NCBI RefSeq assembly: GCF_006345805.1
Contig: NC_043005.1
Location: 73,842,001-73,906,000 of the forward strand
Direction: 5' to 3'
Origin: Octopus sinensis
Lineage: Eukaryota
DNA: 64,000 bases
A program made the translations under genes and the position numbers. Each line of letters begins with the position of its first letter. Positions within the stretch are counted from its first letter, which is position 1. Shown piece after piece: positions 12,857-25,745 of this stretch. The notes beneath the pieces are model-generated. The model saw only the letters and a list, made by a program, of their open reading frames with translations. It had not been told where the DNA came from and did no database searches.

Positions 12857-14000
12857 CTGAATAAAACAAAACATTGATTAGTCATAGACATTTACAAGAA
12901 CTATAAAGAGATTTAAAGGCGGTGCTCCAGCATGGCCACAGCCAAATGACTGAAACAAGTAAAAGAGTAAAAGAGATTAGTATTGTTGTGTGTTAGTAAG
13001 TCTCAATTTAGTAAACTAAAGGAATGAGTTTATGTTTATGTGCCAATGCTTTGTACATTCATTGTATCTGTCGAAAGTATTATTTATATCTGTATTTTGT
13101 GATGAAGGGCATTGTTAGAGACTGCAGAGAAGGCCTCTGAGTGGGTTTGGGATGAAGAGGGGAGATTACTGCTATTGGGATGCTAAGTTGGGACTTAATA
13201 TCAATCCTGGCTGGGTCAACTGGGTGAGTGGGGTTTGATGTTAGAAGACCCAAACCCCAGTGGAGACCCTAGAAACATCACTGATGATGCATCCCAGAAC
13301 ATTTGCAAGATATCTCCTCACCCCATATCCCTCTGCCTCCTCTTCCCCAAAGTTTCTCTGCCTCCTTGACACTCCTCACCCTCCTCTCTTTGATCTTCCT
13401 GCATGAAACCCCTACACTGCTCTTTCCTTCAATGATTCACCCAGGTTTCCTCTCTCCATTAATCTATTGCTTCCTTCCAAACCCTTTCCTCTCACATCTT
13501 CTGCCCACACTGGCCCCTTATGATATTGGATAGCCCACTGCTTTTTCTCAACCCTGTCACTACTTCTGTGAAGTGGTTGAAGCTAAGAAGGGCAACCAAC
13601 GATAGCAATCAGACCAAAGAGGCCCTTGGTCTATGACACATACACATTAGACCCTGTGAAACAATCCTACCTGTGCCAGTATAGAAACTAGATGTAAAGT
13701 GGTTGATATTAGGATAAGCAGCCAGCCATGGCAACCAGGCCAAGGACATTGGTGCAGGAGTCAGTCCATCGACTCATCAAACCCTGTCACACTGACCAAC
13801 CTGTGCCAGCACAGAAGCTAGATGTTGAGGAAGATGAAGAAGAAGAAGGAAGAGGATAAATACAGAGGTCAAGCATTTCAGAGCATTCTCTTGAAATAAA
13901 AAGAAATGATTATCACATTTGCAAAAAGTAAATATCAATTGAAACAGAATGAAGAAGAGAAGAGAAATATTAAAAGAGTAATGCAATATTCTGATTTTAC

Positions 14001-14065
14001 CTTTAAATAAGTTCCACGTCGGAAAAATATTTTCTTCAGGGGTTCTAACAGAATCTGATGGAGTT
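14001..14065 (-). CDS. CENPI: CENP-I exon (LHQILLEPLKKIFFRRGTYLK)
   Basis: ttcag acceptor, gtaaaa donor, 65 nt, phase 1-0. Matches CENP-I LL..L..LFF....YFK before the conserved Cys. Confidence 0.85.
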
Positions 14066-14372
14066 CTGAATACAATATTTGAAAGGAAAATTAGAAAAGA
14101 CAAAAAAACGATAGATATCAGTAAGAAAGTAAAGATTTACAATAACTTATCACTGAAAACATAAAATTTTTAGATAATTTCTTCCTTGAATTAAAAGGTT
14201 TGCAGGTGTAGCTTTTGTAAAAGCTGCAAACCAGATCCAAAATCTGATTCAAGCCCAGGCTATGCCTGCTCCAATAATCAATTGTGACTTCATCAATTAA
14301 TATTCTGCAATGGTTCATAATACACAAGATGAGCTACAATAAAGGTACAAGAAATATATATATATATATATA

Positions 14373-14905
14373 CCCAGGCCTATTCCCCATGTTTTAGGCG
14401 TGGGTAACCACAACAAGACACACACCAGGCATTCCGTTCATTTCCCAGCTCAAAGAGGCGAGCCCCGTGCTATGCTCGGGTCAAGGCATCATCATCATAG
14501 AATGCAATCCTCAGTATCAGCAGTGGGGCCCGACAGCATATGCTGGTTTAACCCCACTGCATCACGTTAGTTCTGTACTCCTTTGAGCAACATCAATTCA
14601 CTCATCCATCCACAAACACTCTCCAAGCTTTCCTATCATATAATAAATTCTCTTGCCTCTCTCATTTCAACACCTCTAACCACCAAAGCTTTCCTCACTC
14701 CACCCATCCACCCATCCACACAAACCGAGGTCTGCTTTTGGTTCTGTTGCCTACCACTTCTGCCTTCATCACCCTCCTTACCATCCACTCTTCATCCATC
14801 CTCTCCATGTGGCCAAACCACCTCAACATTCGTCTATCCATCCATGTCACACCAAGAAGACAAGGGGTTGGGAGAAGGTTAGCACCTAATCTCACCCTAG
14901 TACTA
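14373..14905 (-). mobile_element. RTE-clade LINE 3' fragment
   Basis: RRMLRWFGHMERMDEEWMVRRVMKAEVVGNRTKSRPRFVW followed by a 3' UTR and (TA)n tail. Confidence 0.8.
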
Positions 14906-14930
14906 GGGTCTTTCACGTGAGGTTAGAAAA

Positions 14931-15329
14931 TCTTTATATATAAAAGTGAAGTTGTGTGTCTGTCTCCTACGATTTAGATTCCTAACTACTCCCACATTTT
15001 GCGGTGCAGTTTAACCCAAACCGGGTATCTTATAGTCGTGATTCATATCGAGCCCTTCTGGGTATTAGCGCGCGTCTACGATGAGTCTACGATTTAAAAA
15101 AAAATTTACCATCATTTTTTTCCCCATTTTAATGCTTTTTTTCGCTATTATATAAGAGAAGTAACTCTCTAAAAATGTCTACAATGAGTCAACGATTTAA
15201 AAAAAAATTTACCATCATTTTTTCCCATTTTTAATGCATATTTTTGCTATTTTTTGGCTACAACTCTCTAAAAATGCTTATATAGTTATTTCCCTTACAA
15301 ACCCGAGCAACGCCGGGCGATACTGCTAG
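14931..15329 (+). mobile_element. Non-autonomous Helitron
   Basis: A|TC start, subterminal hairpin cccgagcaacgccggg, CTAG|T end, inserted between A and T. Confidence 0.9.
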
Positions 15330-15730
15330 TATTTAATAAAAGCTATTAAAATCTTAATAGAGAAAATTCATATATTAATAATTCAACATTTCACTATTAA
15401 TCACTTGGTCTCAATGCACGTTTTATGTTAGTATTTAATATATTCTTTTCATTACATTGTTAATATTGAATAGTATTTTGCTTTTGTTTTTTGTTGTTTT
15501 TTTTTTTCCTTTTGCTGTTGTTCATCGATCATTTGACTGGAATCTCGAAATAACTTTCTTCTCATTTTGTTGTTCTTTCTCAATATTGGATTCGTTACTT
15601 TTGATATATCTGGGTTGCATGAGATTACGAAGGGAAATAACTCCAAAGTTTTTAAAAGAGTTAAGTATCTTTCCCAACAACATTGTTGATCAGTGTCCAA
15701 ACAATATAAGCCATTTATAGTTCTCATCAT

Positions 15731-16265
15731 TAATGCCCTGATGCAGTAACAGGCAGTGGCTCTCATGGCTTCTGATCTTCACTGATTGGAAGTGTTATCA
15801 TGTACATATTTTGTCTTGGTATAAAAGATGGGCTACAGCAAATATTCTGCTCAATACCACAGATTTGCTTGTCAGTTGTTTGACCATAACCAGTTCAGCA
15901 CGGCCCTTGGTGGCTGATGATATGCGCATCATTGATCATGAGCAGAAGTAATGGCAGAGCATCATAGCCACGTGTTGAGAGGATTTCTTTATGGTGTAAA
16001 TGATTCATCCCTGGAAACATGGGTGTTTCGTTCAACATCCTTAAACAAACCTTATTCAGGGTACTCTTGATTGGGATGGGCTACTCAATGTGAAGAAAAT
16101 TCTAACATGCTGTGTACTTGGATATGAAATCACCATGTCATGCACATATGCTTGTGATGCATGTGCTTGGCGTACCCTCATCAGGCGGGTAGTCACGATG
16201 GGTATACTGGGCTTTGTATATTTTACTCCAGTGTGACTCTGATGGCATGCACTGCCATTTCATTC
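15731..16265. mobile_element. Unclassified ~540-bp interspersed repeat flanked by AAT-type repeats
   Basis: Second copy at 16287-16725; opposite-orientation copies at 62320-62625 and 63595-64000. Confidence 0.7.
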
Positions 16266-16736
16266 AATAATAATAATAATGATAATCATGCCCTGATGCA
16301 GTACCAGACAGTGGCTCTCATGGCTTCTGACCGTAACAGATTGCAAGTGTTACCATGCGTATGTTTTTACTTGCTGTAAATGATGGGCTACAGCAAATAT
16401 TCTGTTCAATACAGCGGATTTGCTTGTGAGCTGCTTGACTATAACTAGTTCAGCAAGTCCCTCAGTGGCTGACAATATGTGCATCTCTGATCATGAGCAG
16501 GGGCAGTGATGAAGCATTGCAGCCATGTGCTGAGAGGGATTCTTTGAGGTTTTAATAATTCACCTCTGGAAAAATGGGTGTTTTGTTCATCATCCTGCAA
16601 CAACCCTTATTCTGGGACCTTTTGAGTGTGATGGACTACCCAGCCTGAAGAAAATTCTAATTGGACCCCAACTGCAAGGTCATGTGCTGTTTATCTTGGT
16701 ATGAGACTATGCCTCACAACCATGTACATATAGGTG

Positions 16737-17125
16737 TAGGAGTGGCTGTGTGGTAAATAGCTTGCTTACCATCCACATAGTTCCGAGTTCAGTCCCACTG
16801 CGTGGTACATTGGGCAAGTGTCTTCTACTATTGCCTTGGGCTGACCAAAGCCTTGTGAGTGGATTTGGTAGGTGGAAACTGAAAGAAGCCCGTTGTATAT
16901 ATGTATATGTGTATACGCTTGTGTGTCTGTGCTGTCCCCCCAACATCGCTTGACAATCGATGCCGGTGTGTTTATGTCCACCGTAACTTAGCTGTGTGGC
17001 AAAACACACCAATACAATAAGTACTAAGCTTACAAAGAATAAGTCCTGGGGTCGATTTCCTCGACTAAAGGTGGTGCTCCAGCATGGCCACAGTCAAATG
17101 ACTGAAACAAGTAAAAGAGTTAAAA
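16737..17125 (+). mobile_element. SINE family A
   Basis: Same head, body and tail as 1328-1740. Confidence 0.85.
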
Positions 17126-17435
17126 AAGAATATAGTTGCGATAAACTGGCTAAAGAAATAACAAAAATAATAACATTAACAATGAAGCCTATCGGGAGAC
17201 CACCAATAAAAAAAAAGTTCTCATCTAAGTTCAATCAAAGTGATTTACATATCACCATGAATTCAAAAGGCAGTTATCTTTTTTTATTCCATTCCAGAGT
17301 TCAGAATTTGCACTTTCATGTCAACAATCTTGACATTCTCTATTTCTGTTCTTTTTTGAGGATAATCAAAATATAATAAATATATTATTAGTAAAACATA
17401 AATCATATTAACTACATTTTAAAAACCATATTTAC

Positions 17436-17553
17436 CTGAAAACTTGTGTATTCGGATGTGTGGAATCAATTTAAAAATGGACTGATTAAAATGAAATCCA
17501 TCCCAGGTATCAAGGAACTGGTACAGAAAATATTCAATAGCTGGGGTGCCTTC
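17436..17553 (-). CDS. CENPI: CENP-I exon (EGTPAIEYFLYQFLDTWDGFHF...IHKFS)
   Basis: cag acceptor, gtaaat donor, 118 nt, phase 0-1. Contains the conserved EG..FLY..L..WDG motif. Confidence 0.9.
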
Positions 17554-18762
17554 CTGATTGGGGTAGAAATAAAATATAAATGATTTAATTCATCACCATC
17601 ATGCTAAAATAATTCTGTAAGAAAAATGAGGTAAAAAACTAAAAAAAAAGGCCTTATGTCTAAAACTACATTCTCTCTAAAATAATTCTAAATTTGGTAC
17701 AAGGCCAGGAATTTTGAGGGGAGGAGGTAAGTCAATTTCATACTTCACTGCTGCTTTATTTTATCAAACCCCAAGAGTATAAAGACAAAGTTGACCTCAC
17801 CAGAATTTGAACTCAGAATGCAGAGAGCCAGAAAAAAAGTCATTAGGCATTTTGTTCAGCTTGCAAACAATTGTACCAGTTTGTAGCCTTAATGAGAAGT
17901 TATATGTCCTAAATCACATGTAATGATTGAAACGAATAATTAATTATGCAAAGAAAATGGCAATTATCACCAATACGTTTTGCCACAGTGGCCATAAAGG
18001 CAAGAACAGAAAGACCATCACAATAAAAGAGAAATAAAACAGTCTAAAAATAATTAGACTGAAAAAAAATAAAAAGAATATATACATATATAATGCTGGT
18101 GCTTTATTACGGTTTTTAGAGTGCTTCAATTTACTTAATGTTAAGAGCAGGTACCAGATCATCTTAAGACTTGACCTCAGTGAAAGCATATTTATCTCTT
18201 CATTGCTGTCATAAAACTGAAGCTAAATATCTCTCCTTTGGAGTCCTTCAGTGCCAAAAAATCACAGACAGTTCTCACATATGTTAGTGCTGCTCGGTCA
18301 AAGAATGTTGAAAATTGCTCCAAAACTGGTCGTTAACAAAATATCCTTATGCAAAAGAAGCTATGATCTGCTTTGTTGTTCTATAGACAACTGCTGCTCA
18401 TGCTCTCTCGTACCCTCTACGGAATATGATAAAGGACATTTACAGAAGAAAAATCAATGTTTGACAGATCTTAGAATATGAGGACAGATATACGTATGAG
18501 AGTAGAAAAGTCTTTATTCAAAGTTTTAAATAGTGAGCAATATTTAGACAAAAATAAAGAGGAATTCTAAAAAAATTTTTTTAATGATACTGCTATTACT
18601 TCCAACAAAAGCAATAATTCAATGTAAATGATATTTAGCAATATCTATAATAATAATGTTCTCCAATATTAAGAACTTTTATTCTTTTCTACAAAAGGAA
18701 ATGACCTCAAAATAATTTACAATTATCAAAATCATGGAAAATAAAAACGGAAAAATAAATAC

Positions 18763-18845
18763 CTTAACACGACGCATGAAGCCTGCTAACTTTGACAGAA
18801 ACTCTTCCAGATAATCAGAATATGGTACACTGTTTTCTAGAAGAG
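18763..18845 (-). CDS. CENPI: CENP-I exon (LLENSVPYSDYLEEFLSKLAGFMRRVK)
   Basis: ttctgcag acceptor, gtattt donor, 83 nt, phase 1-0; frame is compatible with both neighbouring exons. Confidence 0.85.
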
Positions 18846-18917
18846 CTGCAGAAGAAAATGAAACACACTGGGTTCAGTAAGAATAAAAATCTGAGATAAG
18901 ATGGCATACATATGTAC

Positions 18918-18974
<57 letters not shown>

Positions 18975-18983
<9 letters not shown>

Positions 18984-20150
18984 TTATGTGGAAAAATACA
19001 AACTGGGACAAGAACGTAAAACATTTAGAAGATGATACAAAAAACATGGAGGGGACATTCGAAGCCTTCAATCTTCAGTCAAGAACCGGATCATCGTAGC
19101 AATTTCAGCTGATTAATCTTGAGATCGCTCCGATCCGGCCAGCCCCAAGGAAAAACTAATCTACGAGCATTAGATTTCTTGGAAGAAGGATTGAATGTAT
19201 ACGAAACAGGGACAGAAAAACGGACGATGCCACACGAATATAAAATACAAAAAACAATAATGTAAAAACAGGACAAAAACAGCGGGTGTCTTACGACTAA
19301 TAAACAGTACAACAAGTTTAGCTGGCGTATTTTGAAAAAATGCCTTTATCGGCAGACGAAGATGACAGATCAAAGTAGAGTGCAAAGTGTGAAAGGCAGA
19401 GAAATGTAGGAGAGAGAGACAGAGTGTAGAGTCGTACCAAATTTTATAGGAATATGTACTTACATACAAGGCCAAAGAGGGTATGGACGCCGCTATATAT
19501 ATATTATTTTATGTAGAAAAATACAAACTGGAACAAGAACGTAAAACATTTAGAAGACGATACACAAAACACGGACGGGACATTCGAAGCCTTCAATCTT
19601 CAGTCAAGAAGTAAGTACATATTCCTATAAAATTTGGCACGACTCTACACACTGTCTCTCTCTCTCCAACATTTCTCTGCCTTTCACACTTTGCACTCTA
19701 CTCTGATCTGTTGTCTTCGTCTGCCGATAAAGGCATTTTCTCCAAATACGCCAGCTAAACTTGTTGTACTGTTTACTAGTCGTAAGATACCCGCTGTTTT
19801 TGTCCTGTTTTTACCATTATTGTTTTTTGTATTTTATATTCGTGTGGCATCGTCCGTTTTTCTGTCCCTGTTTCGTATACATTCGATCCTTCTTCCAAGA
19901 AATCTAATGCTCGTAGATTAGTTTTTCCTTGGGGCTGGCCGGATCAGAGCGATCTCAAGATTAATCAGCCGAAATTGCTACGATGATCTGGTTCATGACT
20001 GAAGATTGAAGGCTTCGAATGTCCCGTCCGTGTTTTTTGTATCGTCTTCTAAATGTTTTACGTTCTTGTCCCAGTTTGTATTTTTCTACATAAAATAATA
20101 TATATAGCGACGTCCGTACCCTCTTTGGCCTTGTATGTAAGTACATATTC
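18975..20150. repeat. Fold-back element built from a ~515-bp unit (direct partial copy plus inverted, permuted copy)
   Basis: 18979-19463 is the reverse complement of 19611-20100; 19494-19610 repeats the start of the unit. Confidence 0.9.
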
Positions 20151-20151
20151 C

Positions 20152-20183
<32 letters not shown>

Positions 20184-21095
20184 CACACACACACATATAT
20201 ATGTACACACGTATGTTAATGATTATTTTGGTATTCATTTATCATCATCATCATCGTTTAACGTCCGTTTTCCATGCTAGCATGAGTTGGACGGTTCGAC
20301 CGGGGTCTGGGAAGCCAGGAGGCTGCACCAGACACCAGTCTGATCTGGCAGTGTTTCTACAGCTGGATGCCCTTCCTTACACCAACCACTCCGTGAGTGT
20401 AGTAGGTGCTATTTAGGTGACACCAACGGCCACGATTGGTTGGTGCTTTTTACATGCCACCGGCACGGAGGCCAGTCGAGGCAGCGCTGGCAATGGCCAC
20501 GTTCGGACGGATCTCTTTATGTGGCACCAGCACTGGTATCACAACTACAATTTCCATTGATTTTTTTGATCGATTTCGATTGCCTCAAGAAAACAATTTT
20601 ACACATTAATTTGATGGGTTACTTTCCACTTCCCTACAATACAAATTTATAATTCTTAAACAAGAATACTGTTGACAGAGACTTTGAAGTTTTGGCCAGT
20701 TAAGCCATTGTTGGACTATCTGACGATGGCCTATCACCTTAAACTTTGAAATCATTGTCAATAATGTTCTGGCTCACTGCGTGGCACTTTGGGTAGTTGT
20801 CTTCCGCTATAGCCCCGAGCAGACCGAAGCTTTGTGATTGAATTCGGTAGGCGGATGTTACTGCCGTGTGTGCATGTGTGCATATAGCTGCTCAGTGCCT
20901 CTCCAAAAGAGAGAGAGGGATGTGTACAAATATATGCATGTTGTTTGTTTGTGTATCAACTAAAATCCTTGATGGGCATGCCCCAGTATGGCCACAACTG
21001 AAAGACAGAAACCACTGCAAACAAGAACAAAAATGAAAGATGAAACAAGTCTTTTTTTAAAAAGAGACTTCAAAGAGATTCCTGTGAAGACTTAC

Positions 21096-21216
21096 CATCG
21101 TAACAAGTGTGGTAGAGCCACCAATTAAACTGGCCTGTTATGTGTCGGTTTTTGTTGTATGTGATCAGGTACTGAAGCAACGGATTATCAATCACAGAAC
21201 CCATTTGAATTGGGAG
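21096..21216 (-). CDS. CENPI: CENP-I exon (LPIQMGSVIDNPLLQYL...FNWWLYHTCYD)
   Basis: tag acceptor, gtaagt donor, 121 nt, phase 0-1. Resembles vertebrate CENP-I LPSQMGSVLNNSLLLHY...YWL as I recall it. Confidence 0.9.
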
Positions 21217-21572
21217 CTACAATTAAAGATTAAAAAAGATATTTATGAAAAGACCAAGAATCACTTACTCTTTGACAAAACATTGCAAATGATCCCATGC
21301 TGTACTTTTTACACCTGGAAAAAGTTTAGCTCTAATTGTTAGATTTCTTCTGATCAGCATTCTTTAAATAAACAGTATTTACCGATACTGTTTAAATACT
21401 GTATTTACCAATGAAGACAGACATTTTTAATAAAAGAAAGCTCTCAAAAAGTGACCCCAGGTCCCATAAACTAATTTCGTTCCTGATGCTTACTTTTTCC
21501 AAAATAGGCACAGCTGAGATTAGGGTGTGTTGAATATGCTGGTGTGTCTTTTATGCCATAAATACGGCATTG

Positions 21573-23267
21573 TATCAGGTTGGAATGAAAGTTTAGTTCG
21601 ATTTTCTAAATGAAATTTTAGACAACATTTATTAAAGTATTGCTTCTTGTTGTCAATCATGGAATGAAACAAAGAGTAATTTATATTTTCTTCTTTCAGG
21701 CTAAAAGAATATTGCTCACAGTCTTCTTTGATGTTCACTTCAATCAAAGAACACATTAGATGTGCTTTACCATGCAAGTTTCATAAAGGTGTCAACGTGA
21801 GTGCAGCAGCAGCAAATTCCATTCAGAGTACTTAGGAGATGTAGTAAATGAAAGAAGTTGCAGGAATTGGTTTCCCCTGTTTTCAAAGTGGAAACTTAGG
21901 CAATGAGCCAAAGAAAGATCATCTGAAAGCTTTTGATTCCCAAGAGCTGGAAGATGTTATCACAGCAAACCCTGTTCCTAGTGCTAGGGAACTAGCCAAG
22001 AAATTCAAAGCAAGCCATACAACTATCCTATGCGAACTGATAAGAATTGGCAAGGCTTCAGTAGTTGGAAAATAGGTCCCGCACGACCCATCTCAAGAGA
22101 ATCTGCAACAATTTATTGCTTGTTGTGAGTCATTGCTTACACGACAAGTGTCACATGCCATTTTTGGAGAGGCTTGTTACTGGTGTTGAGAAGTGGATCC
22201 TTTATCATAGTATTTAACATTGATGTCAATGAATCAGTTGAGGAAGCAGACCAGCTCAGCAACCAAGAGGATGACTTCATCCAAAGAAGATCCTGAGGAA
22301 TGTATGGTGGAATATTCAGGAAATTATCCATTACAAACTGTTAGACACCAATCTTTACTGCAATCAACTTCATCGTTTGAAAGCAGCTTTGGACAAAAAT
22401 CACCCATCCTAACAGAAAGGGAGTCATTCTGCATCACGTTAATCTTTTCTACTCCAGGCACAAGGTCCAAAATTTTTGGGGAGGCGGCCAGTAGATTAGA
22501 TCGAACCCAGTACTTAAATAGTACTTGCGAGCTGGCAGAAACGTTAGCACGCGGGCGAAATGGTCAGCAGTATTTCGTCTATCGCTACGTTCTGAGTTCA
22601 AATTCCGCCAAGGTCGACTTTGCCTTTCATCCTTTCAGGGCCGATTAAATAAGTACCAGTTACGCACTGGGGTCGATAAAATCGACATCCGTTTGTCTGT
22701 CCTTGTTTGTCCCTTCTGTGTTTAGCCCCTTGTGGGTAGTAAAGAAATAGGTACTTGATTTATCAACCCCGAAAGGATGAAAAGCAAAGTCGACCTTGGC
22801 GGAATTTGAACTCAGAACATAAAGACACACGAAATACTGCTAAGCATTTCGCCTGGTGTGCTAACGTTTCTGCCAGCTCGCCACGTTTGTGTGTGTGTGT
22901 GTGAGTATGTGTGTGTGTGCATCACGATAATGCTCACCCACATACTACACAATTGACAGAAGATCCCTTGGAAGAGCTCTGTTGAGAGAAATTGCTTCAT
23001 CGTCCATATTCTCCTGTCCTTGCACCCCATGATTATCACAGAATCACTTGGATGGTCTTAGGTTGACATCAGGAGAAGAGGCTGAAAATAATTGGTATCA
23101 TACTTTGCATCAAAAACTAAAGCATTTTACAATCACAGCATCTATAAGCTTGTTGACAAATGAAATAAGGTTCTATGAAGGAATGGTCATTATGAGAATA
23201 ATTAAATATTTCTAGAAACATAAATAAAAACTTTACAATCAGACGTAACTTTCATTCCAACCTGATA
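21573..23267 (+). mobile_element. Mariner (DD34D-type) relic with both TIRs and TA TSD, interrupted by SINEs at ~22450-22885
   Basis: TA|tcaggttggaatgaaagtt ... aactttcattccaacctga|TA. Decayed ORF: ARELAKKF...GK*VPH...EKWILY...HDNAHPH...HRPYSPVLAP. Confidence 0.92.
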
Positions 23268-23454
23268 CTTATTGGTATAAAAGATATGCAACACTTATTC
23301 TTTATTGTATCAAAAAATTGCTCTGCATCTGATGCAGCCATACACTAAAGAGTCAGCTAAGCCTAAGTCCACTAGACACAATCACAATAAGTGTTACTAG
23401 TAATAAAAATTGAAAGCAAACTGAACTACTAGGGTCTAATAACACAAACTTATA

Positions 23455-23815
23455 CTTTTACTCTTTTACTTGTTTCAGTCATTGGACTGTGGCCATGCTG
23501 GAGCACCGCTTTTAGTCAAGCAAATCGACCCCAGGACTTATTCTTTGGAAGTCTAGTACTTATTCTATCGGTCCCTTTTGCCAAACCACTAAGTTACGGG
23601 GATGTCAAGCGATGTTGGGGGGACAAACACAGACACACAAACATACACATATACGACGGGCTTCTTTCAGTTTCTGTCTACCAACTCCACTCACAAGGCT
23701 TTGGTCGGTCCAAGGCCATAGTAGAAGACACTTGCCCAAGGTGCCACGCAGAGGGACTGAACATGGAACCATGTGGTTGGTAAGCAAGCTACTTACCATA
23801 CAGCCGATCCGTCAG
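23455..23815 (-). mobile_element. SINE family A
   Basis: Reverse complement of the family A consensus. Confidence 0.85.
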
Positions 23816-24010
23816 CAGTTATGAGTAGGGATCACATACCTCAGTATCACATTACCCAGTATAAACCCCCACACATTATACATGTCTTGCATTATTTATT
23901 GACTGTGTTATCTTTAAGAAACATTTGTTAATTACCTAAATCCGTGTTTCTCACATAAGGTTTATTTAATCAAAATGGGAAGGAAAATAAGGAAGAAAAG
24001 CTGCTCTTAC

Positions 24011-24178
24011 TTGAATTTGATCGATATACTGAAGAAGGTCTTCAAATGTGAGTATCCTGTTGAATGAAACAGTTTCAGGAAAGTGGTCCGGCCTCACAAT
24101 ATCAGAAGTTGGTACATAATCATTTACTGAAGATTGAACCTGAGGAATTAATTTACTCAGTTTGGCTTTCTTTCGAAC
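24011..24178 (-). CDS. CENPI: Centromere protein I, most 5' coding exon found (VRKKAKLSKL...FEDLLQYIDQIQ)
   Basis: ttttcag acceptor, gtaaga donor, 168 nt, phase 0-0. Joins in frame to LPIQMGSV; matches the CENP-I segment just before LPSQMGSVL. Confidence 0.85.
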
Positions 24179-24204
24179 CTGAAAAACAAGACAATGATAT
24201 TATT

Positions 24205-24378
24205 TCACTTTAAGAGAGGTTGGGGTCCACCAAGGTTCAGTCCTCAGCCTCCTCCTATTTATCATAGTCCTCCAAGCAATAATGGAGGAATTCAAGACAG
24301 GATCCCCTGGGAGCTCCTCTATGCTGATGACCTTGCTCTAATTGCTGAGTCACTATCAGAACTTGAGAAGTTTCAGTG
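24205..24378 (+). pseudogene. RTE reverse-transcriptase fragment
   Basis: VGVHQGSVLSLLLFIIVLQAIMEEFKTGSPWELLYADDLALIAES. Confidence 0.85.
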
Positions 24379-24822
24379 AAAAGGACACATTACTAAACTT
24401 GTAACATTCCTCATAAAACGTTTACGGCAGTGGCTCTCAAGTGGGGCCCATATGAGATTTTGCTCATTAAACAAATCATGTGCAATAAATTGGTTATATT
24501 TCTATAATACACAAAATATTAAAATTTCTTTTATACAATTCATCATCATCATCGTTTAACGTCCATTTTCCATGCTGGCATGGGTTGGACGATTTGACAG
24601 AGGACTGGCAAACCAGATAGCTGCACCAGGCTCCAATCTGATCTGGAAGAGTTTCTACAGCTGGATGCCCTTCCTAACGCCAACCACTCCGAGAGTGTAG
24701 TGGGTGCTTTTCCCTGGCACGAACCTAAACTGCATCTCATGTAAACTGACTCTCTCCCTAATTAGTTGGGCTATAACCCTCTCCATGACCTTCATTACTT
24801 GATCCAATATCTTGATACCTCT

Positions 24823-25055
24823 CTAATTATTTGTATCGAAAGCGTTACCTTTACCTTTGTAGCAATTGACTATAGTGCTGCTACACCAGTCATTGGGTAT
24901 GACTCCTTCGTGTATCACCTGGTTAACTATACAGCTGACTAGGCTATAGCCGACACTGCCAGATATTTTGAGCATCTCTGCAGTGATTCCTGATGGGCCG
25001 GGGGCTTTACCTGTCTTCATACTCTTAATTGCTTTATCTACCAAGGTACTGTCAA
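24823..25055 (-). pseudogene. RTE reverse-transcriptase fragment cut by the gap
   Basis: KAIKSMKTGKAPGPSGITAEMLK...IPNDWCSSTIVNCYKGKG. Confidence 0.85.
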
Positions 25056-25155
25056 NNNNNNNNNNNNNNNNNNNNNNNNNNNNNNNNNNNNNNNNNNNNN
25101 NNNNNNNNNNNNNNNNNNNNNNNNNNNNNNNNNNNNNNNNNNNNNNNNNNNNNNN
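25056..25155. other. Assembly gap (100 N)
   Basis: Run of exactly 100 N, a typical placeholder for a gap of unknown size. Confidence 1.
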
Positions 25156-25554
25156 AAGACGTCACTGAAAATAGGAAAGAGAAGAAAAATGAGGTTGAGT
25201 AAGAAGGGTGAGGAGAGAGAGGAGAGAGAGAGAGAGAATGAAGGAGAGATGATGAGATTGTTAACAAGGGAAGAAGAGAATGAAAAGGAGAAGAAAAAAG
25301 AAATTAGAGATTAGTAAACTGAAAAAGTAACATGGAGAACAGAAAAGTTAGACACGATCTACTTACCTTTCTATCTTCTTTTATCTATCAAGCTATCTAC
25401 ATCCGTAACTGCCTATCTCTTTACATCACTACCGACCGCTCTATCTACCTGTCTGTCTATCAATTCCTGCGTCAATCTATTTAGCAAACTATCTCTATAA
25501 CAAACCTGTACACCTGTCTACATACCTACCAACGTAGCTATCATCTACTCACAT

Positions 25555-25558
25555 ACCT

Positions 25559-25617
<59 letters not shown>

Positions 25618-25662
25618 GTATTTCTATCTATCTATCTATATTTCTATCTATCTATCTATATT

Positions 25663-25721
<59 letters not shown>

Positions 25722-25745
25722 GTCTGTCTATCAGTCTATCTGTCA
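25555..25745. repeat. (TCTA)n microsatellite
   Basis: Direct reading; similar GATA tracts at 26295-26375, 38805-38915 and 61920-62120. Confidence 0.95.

Noticed and set aside
16165-16200. Hammerhead core CTGATGA in the AAT-flanked element
   Set aside because: No downstream GAAA or stem III, and the core is not conserved in the 63.6-kb copy.
19985-20030. Hammerhead in the fold-back monomer (CTGAAGA...GAAT)
   Set aside because: No closing pair for stem II, GAAT instead of GAAA, and no stem I or III.
21490-21610. Extra CENP-I exon with tag/gtaagc signals
   Set aside because: Overlaps the mariner TIR, has incompatible phase or a stop, and 24011 splices in frame to 21216 without it.
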